Source of the DNA: Candidatus Magasanikiibacteriota bacterium
GTDB lineage: Bacteria > Patescibacteriota > Patescibacteriia > Magasanikbacterales > GWA2-37-8
DNA: 64,000 bases
Direction: 5' to 3'
Assembly: GCA_036744835.1 (NCBI GenBank)
Contig: DAIOHD010000001.1
Coordinates: 464,414-528,413, forward strand
The translations under genes and the position numbers were made by a program. The notes under the pieces are model-generated. The model searched no databases, had not been told where the DNA came from, and saw only the letters and a program-made list of their open reading frames with translations. Each line of letters begins with the position of its first letter. The first letter of the stretch is position 1. Of this stretch, positions 57,576 to 64,000 are shown piece by piece.

Positions 57576-58772
57576 GTGAAAATTTCTTATCTTACTTTCG
57601 GTTGTAAACTAAATCAAGCCGAAACCGACAATCTAAAACGTATTTTAGAAAAAAACGATTATCAAACCGTTCGTTTTGATAGTAAAGAAGATATTTGCAT
57701 TATCCGTGCTTGTGGCGTGACTTGCGGTGCGTCTTCTACCACTCGCGAGAATATCCGTCGCGCCAAAAGACAAGGCGCTTATGTAATTGCTTTGGGGTGT
57801 TTAGAAAACAAAGATCTGTCGGAAATAGATTTTATCGGACAAAACAATGACATTGTTTTGAAACATCTTTTAAAAAATTTTCCGCCGAACACCAAAAATG
57901 TTCAAGCTAAAAATATCGCTACAAATAAAACTAGGGCTTTTATCAAAATTCAAACCGGCTGTAATTTTCAGTGTGCTTACTGTATTATCCCCTCTTTTCG
58001 CGGAAAATCCCTAAGTCGTAGTAAAAAAGAAATCATTGAAGAATTATTAATCCTTCAGGAAGAGGGGTATCAAGAAATAGTTTTGACTGGAGTTAATATT
58101 TGCCAATACCAAGAAGGTAAAACAAAATTATCTGATTTATTAAAAGAAATTTTAGAAAAAACAACAATTCCTCGTTTTCGTCTCGGTTCACTTGATCCTA
58201 GATTGATTGATAATAAATTGATAAAAATCTATAAAAATCCACGCTTATTACCACACTGGCATTTATCATTACAATCGGGTTCAGATGGTGTTTTGAAATT
58301 GATGCGACGTGGCTATACCTCAAAACAATATTTACAAATTGTCCAAGAGGTCAGAAATCTAATTCCTAACTTTTCTTTTACCACCGACATCATTGTTGGC
58401 TTTCCTGGAGAAACTGAAAATGATTTTGAAGAAACTTTGGATTTTGTAAAAAAAGTCGGATTTACCAAAGTCCATGTTTTTCCTTTTTCTCCTCGTCCGG
58501 GAACTTTGGCACAAAAATTGAAACCCGTAGTACAAGATAAGATGAAAACTCAACGGGTAAAAATTTTATCTAGCCTAGCTCGTAAAATAGCCAATGATTT
58601 TGCTTCTAATTTTTATGGTCAAAAAAAAGAAGTTCTTTTCGAACAAAAAAAATCAGGCTTCTGGTATGGATATACGCCTGAATATTTTAAAATAAAATTA
58701 AGGTCAGCCAAAAATCTTCACAATAAAATCGTAACTGTCAAAATCACAAATGAAACTATCATTTTTGAGTAG
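57576..58772 (+). CDS. radical-SAM methylthiotransferase (MiaB/MtaB family)
   Basis: N-terminal MTTase domain and a radical SAM CNFQCAYCIIP cluster. Confidence 0.75.
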   Translation: MKISYLTFGCKLNQAETDNLKRILEKNDYQTVRFDSKEDICIIRACGVTCGASSTTRENIRRAKRQGAYVIALGCLENKDLSEIDFIGQNNDIVLKHLLKNFPPNTKNVQAKNIATNKTRAFIKIQTGCNFQCAYCIIPSFRGKSLSRSKKEIIEELLILQEEGYQEIVLTGVNICQYQEGKTKLSDLLKEILEKTTIPRFRLGSLDPRLIDNKLIKIYKNPRLLPHWHLSLQSGSDGVLKLMRRGYTSKQYLQIVQEVRNLIPNFSFTTDIIVGFPGETENDFEETLDFVKKVGFTKVHVFPFSPRPGTLAQKLKPVVQDKMKTQRVKILSSLARKIANDFASNFYGQKKEVLFEQKKSGFWYGYTPEYFKIKLRSAKNLHNKIVTVKITNETIIFE

Positions 58773-59841
58773 CGGCTATCTCATTTATCAAACTGATGAT
58801 TTTTTCGTTTTTAGTTGTAGGCAAAACCACATGTAAACGTTCGCCCAATTTTTGACATTTATTCTTATTTTCTATTAATTCTTGCACTGTTTTACTTAAT
58901 TTCAAACCATTATCCCAAATTTCATTCATCAATAACACGGCATTTTTTTGTGCTAAATAAAGTGCATTTTCCAACTGATGAGAATCAGAAATTGGTAATA
59001 AAATTGCCGGTTTAGAGAGTAGAGCCAATTCAGTAATAGTTCCAAAACCGGCTCGACTTATGACCAAATCCGCAGATGCATAAGCATATTTCATCTCTTC
59101 ATCAAAAAATTTAGACATTTTATAATTTGAAAAAAATTTTAACGCTGTTTTTGCCATATCGTCAGGTCTTTCTTTACCGACTAAATGGATAATATGCCAA
59201 CTTTTTGGCCAATGATTCATCGCTTCCAAAATCATTTTATTAACTTTAAAAGAACCGGTTCCTCCACCTAAAGCAAAAATCACCGGCTCACTATCATTTA
59301 TTCCCATTTTTCTCTTGGCTTGTTCTTTATCTTCTATTTTCAAATCTCGTACTGGATTACCTATCCACTCTGATTTGTTTTTTGGGAAATATTGCAAACT
59401 TTCATTTATAGCCACGGTTACTTTTGTTGCTACATGACTCATCAACCGATTAGCCAAACCCGGACGTACATCTTGTTGATGAACCCAGGACGGAATGCCT
59501 AAAATTTTTCCCGCAAAATGTACTGGCACACTAACAAAACCTCCGGCGGAAATTAAAATATCAGGTCTTTCTTTGATAAGAAAAAACAAGGAATGAAAAA
59601 AAATAAAACCAAATTTAAATAAATCATGAAGGTTGCGTAAAGAAAAATACCGGCGCCATTTGGCCGTAAAAATAGCGCGATATTTAATTCCGCGCTTTGT
59701 TATCATTTCTCTTTCAGGACCTTTGCGAGTACCTACCCAAACAAATTCTGTTTCCGGATAAGCTTCTTTGTAAGCATCATATACAGCCAAAAGAGGTACT
59801 ACCGGTCCCAATGTCCCCCCGCCGGATAAAACTATTTTCAT
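58759..59841 (-). CDS. murG: UDP-GlcNAc:undecaprenyl-PP-MurNAc-pentapeptide GlcNAc transferase MurG
   Basis: MKIVLSGGGTLGPVVPLLAV G-loop; GT28 C-terminal domain. Confidence 0.8.
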   Translation of the reverse strand: MKIVLSGGGTLGPVVPLLAVYDAYKEAYPETEFVWVGTRKGPEREMITKRGIKYRAIFTAKWRRYFSLRNLHDLFKFGFIFFHSLFFLIKERPDILISAGGFVSVPVHFAGKILGIPSWVHQQDVRPGLANRLMSHVATKVTVAINESLQYFPKNKSEWIGNPVRDLKIEDKEQAKRKMGINDSEPVIFALGGGTGSFKVNKMILEAMNHWPKSWHIIHLVGKERPDDMAKTALKFFSNYKMSKFFDEEMKYAYASADLVISRAGFGTITELALLSKPAILLPISDSHQLENALYLAQKNAVLLMNEIWDNGLKLSKTVQELIENKNKCQKLGERLHVVLPTTKNEKIISLINEIAATQK

Positions 59842-59862
59842 ACACTTTTTATTTTTTTATAA

Positions 59863-61215
59863 CTAGTAATCTCTTAGTTTACCGATAATATTCATACCTT
59901 TTATTCTTTCTAAAGCCTTGGCTTCAATTTGACGAATGCGTTCACGCGTTACACCAAATTCTTGTCCAACCTCTTCTAAAGTATGGGTCACTCCGTCACT
60001 CAACCCGAAACGCATTTCTAAAATCTTTTGTTCACGAGGAGCTAAATCTTTTATCGCATCTTTAACATAGTCGCGTAAAATTTGCAATCCGGCCGCTCTA
60101 TCAGGTGAAACGTTTTTGACATCTTCAATAAAATCTTGCAAAGAGGAATTATCATCATCATCCCCAACTGAGACTTCCAAAGAAACAGTATCTTGTGAAA
60201 TTTTGATAATATGATTGATTTTACTAACTTCCTCACCCATTTCTGCAGCCAATTCTTCAGCTGTCGGATCACGACCTAAATCTTGTAATAAACGACGTCT
60301 GACCTGCTGAAATCTGTTAATGGTTTCCACCATATGTACGGGAATACGGATTGTACGTGACTGATCAGCCAAAGCTCTGGTTATAGCTTGACGAATCCAC
60401 CAAGTAGCGTAAGTGGAAAATTTATAACCTTTGCGATGATCAAATTTTTTAACTGCACGAAATAAACCAATATTTCCTTCTTGAATCAAATCAAGCAAAG
60501 ACAAGGTTTTGCCAACAAATTTTTTAGCAATAGAAACTACCAAACGTAAATTTGCTTCAATCAACTTTCTTTCCGCCGCTTTTTCTCCTTTTTCTTTTCT
60601 TTTAGCCAAGGATACTTCTTCCTCCATATTTAAAAGAGGAATTTTACCTATTTCTCGTAAATACATTTGAATAGAATCAGAAGAAATTTGTCCCAAATCA
60701 AAAGGCAAAGGTGTATCAGGTTGTTCACCCTGAAACTCTTTTAAAGTTTCTTTATTGGCTTCTCTGTTACCGAGCAGACCAGTTTCATTTTCTACCAAAG
60801 AAAGACCGTTCTTATCAATTAATTCCAGAAATCCTTCATATAAATCCAAATATCTTTCAGGTCTGTTAAAAACAGTATTTAATTCGACTTCGGTAATAAA
60901 ACCACGACTACGACCCTTATTTATCAAAGCCCATACTCTTTCTTCACTTGGCTCTTGTACTTCTTCCAAAACAAAGTCCTGTTTTTTCTTCGGTTTAATT
61001 GTTTTTTTTATTATTCTTTGTTTTTTAACAATCTTTTTTGTCGTTTTCTTTATCAATTTTTTTACTTTTATTTTTATTTTTTGTTTTGATTTATTTTTTA
61101 CCTGTTTTTTATTTTTAACAACTTTTTTTTGTAATTTCTTTTTAACAACCTTAACAGGAGCTTTTTTAGCTTTTTTAATTTTCATCTTTTTTTGTTTAGT
61201 TCCGTTTTTTTTCAT
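59863..61215 (-). CDS. rpoD: RNA polymerase sigma factor RpoD with Lys-rich N-terminal extension
   Basis: Region 2 [16 protein letters not shown]...[13 protein letters not shown]; region 4 [23 protein letters not shown]; the first 80 aa or so are about 50% Lys. Confidence 0.85.
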   Translation of the reverse strand: MKKNGTKQKKMKIKKAKKAPVKVVKKKLQKKVVKNKKQVKNKSKQKIKIKVKKLIKKTTKKIVKKQRIIKKTIKPKKKQDFVLEEVQEPSEERVWALINKGRSRGFITEVELNTVFNRPERYLDLYEGFLELIDKNGLSLVENETGLLGNREANKETLKEFQGEQPDTPLPFDLGQISSDSIQMYLREIGKIPLLNMEEEVSLAKRKEKGEKAAERKLIEANLRLVVSIAKKFVGKTLSLLDLIQEGNIGLFRAVKKFDHRKGYKFSTYATWWIRQAITRALADQSRTIRIPVHMVETINRFQQVRRRLLQDLGRDPTAEELAAEMGEEVSKINHIIKISQDTVSLEVSVGDDDDNSSLQDFIEDVKNVSPDRAAGLQILRDYVKDAIKDLAPREQKILEMRFGLSDGVTHTLEEVGQEFGVTRERIRQIEAKALERIKGMNIIGKLRDY

Positions 61216-61222
61216 AAAGCTG

Positions 61223-63016
61223 TTAAATTTTAATTTTATTTAACTCCGATAATTCTAAAAAATAATTTTCTACCGCAACTAAGTCATTTTTTTGTTGCGC
61301 ATCGTTTAATAACATTTTTACTTTATTTTTTTCATTTTTCAACCACTCTTTACGTATCTCTTCAAAAGTTTTCAAAAAATCGACACGTAACTCTTTGTCT
61401 TCTTTTTGACCAAAATCATTTTCGCTTTTCATTAACAAAAGCTCAATCAAATCACTATTATTTTCTTCTCTCCAAATAGAAATAATTTTCTTTAGATTAA
61501 AATCAGCTCTGTTATTATAGCTCTTTTTAATGATTTCGTAAAGTTTTGAAAATTCTAAAACGGAAAAGTATTTTTCTTCCATTTTACTATCAACTTCAGC
61601 AAAAAAATTGAGGTTTTTGAGTAACATCGTTAAAAATTGTTCTTCCAACTCTCTATTTCGATTATGAAACAATTCGGACACGTTTTTATTTTCCGGTAAT
61701 CTTTCTTTATTTTGACGATTTATCTTGTTTTTTTCTAAAGTTCTCATGGTTTGACGTAAGAGCTCAGTTTGAACTCCAAATTTATCGGACATTTTTTGTA
61801 ACCAAAAATCTTGTTCTATCGCTTCAGGAATTTTATTTATTTGTTCAAGTAATTCCCCAGCAGCTTTCTTTTTTTCTTCAGAGCTTTGCAAAGAATATTT
61901 TTTTAAAATATTTTCAAAAAACCACTCCATTATCAATTTGGCATTATCAACACAATCAAACCATACTTTTGGGTCTTTTTTTAAACATTCATCAGCATCT
62001 TTACCCGCACCTTCAGGAATTTTTATAACTTTAACACTCAAACCTCCCGCAATCGCCGTATCAATTCCTCTCTTAGCCGCATTTTCACCGGCACTGTCAG
62101 CATCAAAAGCCATGGCCAAATTACGAGTAAATCTTTTTATTAACGCTACCTGTTCAGATGTTAATGCCGTCCCAGAAGCAGCAATAACATTTTTCATTCC
62201 CGCTTGGTGACAAGCGATAACATCCATTTGTCCCTCTACTAATATAACTAAATCCTTTGCTTTTATTTCACTCTTAGCTTTATTAAGACCATAGAGAATT
62301 TTAGATTTATCATAAATTTCCGTTTGCGGAGTATTAACATATTTACCACCGGAATTCTCTTTTTCTATTAAAATTCTACCGGTAAAACCTACAGTATTAC
62401 CGTGAACATCCCAAAGGGGAAACATTATTCTACCTCGAAAACGATCAAAATATCCTGATCCTCTTTCTTTTTTTAAAGACAAACCGGTTGCGATAATATC
62501 ATCTATACCAAAACCTCTTTTTAATAAATATTGTGTTAAAAGATCCCACTGATCGGGTATAAAACCAATTTGCCAATCTTTGATAGTTTCAACTTTTAAT
62601 CCTCTTTTTTCCAAATAATCTCGAGCTGCTTTACCACCGGGCATTTCCAATAAAAATTGATGAAAAAAATACAAGGCTTTATTATTTACTTCAAACAAAC
62701 GACTGCGTTTATCTTTGTTTATATCACTTAAAAAACTATTTGTTAATTTTACTCCAGCGCGATCAGCCAAAATTTTTAAAGCTTCAGAAAAATCAATACC
62801 TTCTATTTCCTGTAAAAAAGAGAATGCGTCTCCGCCTTTTCCGCAACCAAAACAATGCCAAATTTGTTTTTCCGGAGAAATCATGAAAGAAGGAGTTTTT
62901 TCGTGATGAAAAGGACAATTGGCTTTCCAATAAGCCCCAGCTTTTTTCACCGGCAAATATTCCTCTATCAATTGCTTTATATCTATTTTATCCTTAATCA
63001 ATTGAACATCAGACAT
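61223..63016 (-). CDS. dnaG: DNA primase DnaG
   Basis: CHC2 zinc finger [30 protein letters not shown]; [14 protein letters not shown]. Confidence 0.85.
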   Translation of the reverse strand: MSDVQLIKDKIDIKQLIEEYLPVKKAGAYWKANCPFHHEKTPSFMISPEKQIWHCFGCGKGGDAFSFLQEIEGIDFSEALKILADRAGVKLTNSFLSDINKDKRSRLFEVNNKALYFFHQFLLEMPGGKAARDYLEKRGLKVETIKDWQIGFIPDQWDLLTQYLLKRGFGIDDIIATGLSLKKERGSGYFDRFRGRIMFPLWDVHGNTVGFTGRILIEKENSGGKYVNTPQTEIYDKSKILYGLNKAKSEIKAKDLVILVEGQMDVIACHQAGMKNVIAASGTALTSEQVALIKRFTRNLAMAFDADSAGENAAKRGIDTAIAGGLSVKVIKIPEGAGKDADECLKKDPKVWFDCVDNAKLIMEWFFENILKKYSLQSSEEKKKAAGELLEQINKIPEAIEQDFWLQKMSDKFGVQTELLRQTMRTLEKNKINRQNKERLPENKNVSELFHNRNRELEEQFLTMLLKNLNFFAEVDSKMEEKYFSVLEFSKLYEIIKKSYNNRADFNLKKIISIWREENNSDLIELLLMKSENDFGQKEDKELRVDFLKTFEEIRKEWLKNEKNKVKMLLNDAQQKNDLVAVENYFLELSELNKIKI

Positions 63017-63173
63017 GTAGAAAAATTTTTAATTTTTAATTTTACAATTTTTAGTGAATTTTTAGTAAATTTTCAATTTCGTATCCCATCTAATCTTTAA
63101 ATCTTTCAATCTTGTAATCTTACAATTCTCAAATGTACTATGGCAAATTTAAGCCAAAAAGTCAATCTACATG

Positions 63174-64000
63174 CTATTCTTTCCTCAACGCTTCCATCGG
63201 ACTTAAATCAGCGGCTTTTTTGGCTGGATAAATACCAAAAATCAAACCGATAACAGCAGAAAAACCAACTGCTAAAAAAATAGAATTTATTGGTATCGAA
63301 TAAATCCAAACAAAACCATATGAAACAGCCACCCAATAGATAATTAAAGCAAAAATTGCTCCAAGAATTATACCAAAAAAACCTCCTCCAAGAGTCAACA
63401 TTATAGCTTCTCCTAAAAACTGCCACAGAACATCTCTACTTGTAGCTCCGACCGCTTTACGCAAACCTATTTCAAAAGTACGTTCCGTGACTGAAACATA
63501 CATAATATTCATAATACCTACTCCACCAACCAAAAGAGAAATACACACAAGAGCCACTAATAAAAAAGTCAAACCATCAACTACGGCACCTAACATCTCT
63601 GCCGCCTCTTCCATTGTGTTTACGGCAAAATCATCTTTACTCGGATCAGTAATATCGTGATTTTCTCGCATAATTTCTTCTATTTCCGCCACTGTTTCAT
63701 TTATAACGCTTCTATCTTTTACTTTAGCTATAATTTGCAACATATAATCAATTCCTAAAATTCTTTTTTGCATAGTTTTGGTAGGTAAATAAACCATACT
63801 ATCCATATCAAAACCAAAAACAGCGCCTCTTTTTGCAGCCACTCCAACTACTCGAAAAGCTTTTCCTTTAATATAAAAAGTTTTTCCAATCGCTTCATCT
63901 TCACCAAATAAAGATTCTTTGACAGCATGACCCAAGACCGCAACTTGTGAAAGCGATTCTTCTTCATCTTTAGTAAAAACCCTACCTGATTCTAATTCAA
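63174..64000 (-). CDS. MacB/FtsX-family ABC transporter permease, C-terminal part; gene continues past the window end
   Basis: Frame stays open to 64000, reading ...ELESGRVFTKDEEESLSQVAVLGHAVKESLFG; C-terminal FtsX-like 3-TM domain. Confidence 0.6.
   Translation of the reverse strand, partial: ELESGRVFTKDEEESLSQVAVLGHAVKESLFGEDEAIGKTFYIKGKAFRVVGVAAKRGAVFGFDMDSMVYLPTKTMQKRILGIDYMLQIIAKVKDRSVINETVAEIEEIMRENHDITDPSKDDFAVNTMEEAAEMLGAVVDGLTFLLVALVCISLLVGGVGIMNIMYVSVTERTFEIGLRKAVGATSRDVLWQFLGEAIMLTLGGGFFGIILGAIFALIIYWVAVSYGFVWIYSIPINSIFLAVGFSAVIGLIFGIYPAKKAADLSPMEALRKE

Overview
The window looks like an AT-rich genome with mostly small proteins and few Shine-Dalgarno sites. Several families seen here (DUF5652, DUF5671, an FkbM methyltransferase, a giant surface protein) are typical of Patescibacteria/CPR-like bacteria; that assignment is an inference. 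About 65 protein genes are supportable, mostly on the minus strand.

Gene content, in order along the window:
- The window opens with a partial YgjP-like hydrolase and a PIF1/RecD-like helicase.
- A metal and ion homeostasis set follows: a VIT family protein, a CaCA antiporter, a GC-rich metallothionein-like gene, a YibE/F protein and a P-type Ca-ATPase.
- A DUF5320 - DUF134 - YibE/F gene string sits at 7.8-9.6 kb.
- An 11-kb envelope glycosylation cluster spans 11.7-23 kb: two GT39-like proteins, GT2, GT4, several methyltransferases, an adenylate-forming enzyme and a flippase-like protein.
- An RGG-box protein with twin CxxC zinc ribbons precedes greA.
- A 3159-aa modular secreted surface protein occupies 24.7-34.2 kb.
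- ftsE-ftsX, a parvulin PPIase, FtsB-like and Mur ligase genes follow, then murG-rpoD-dnaG and a partial MacB-like permease at the window end.

Five tRNAs were folded by hand: Asn-GTT, Gln-TTG, Thr-CGT, Gly-CCC and Lys-TTT.

The most unusual signal is a family of three ~110-145 nt structured non-coding elements, each lying just 3' of a minus-strand tRNA gene (Asn, Gln, Gly). They share two hairpins whose stems co-vary between copies. Two of them are bounded by copies of the neighbouring tRNA's own T-loop and acceptor 3' sequence. One has its own sigma70-like promoter and terminator.

Other notable items:
- A GIY-YIG gene cassette with 12-bp inverted repeats and an 11-bp duplication of the tRNA-Lys 5' end.
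- Truncated tRNA 5' fragments around the Thr/Gly tRNAs.
- A 1-nt homopolymer frameshift that separates a DUF2202 gene from its signal peptide.
- Recurring CCUCC/GGAGG twin hairpins.
- A recurring AT-rich leader motif upstream of at least five genes.
- Two textbook TTGACA-17-TATAAT promoters.

No CRISPR array was seen.
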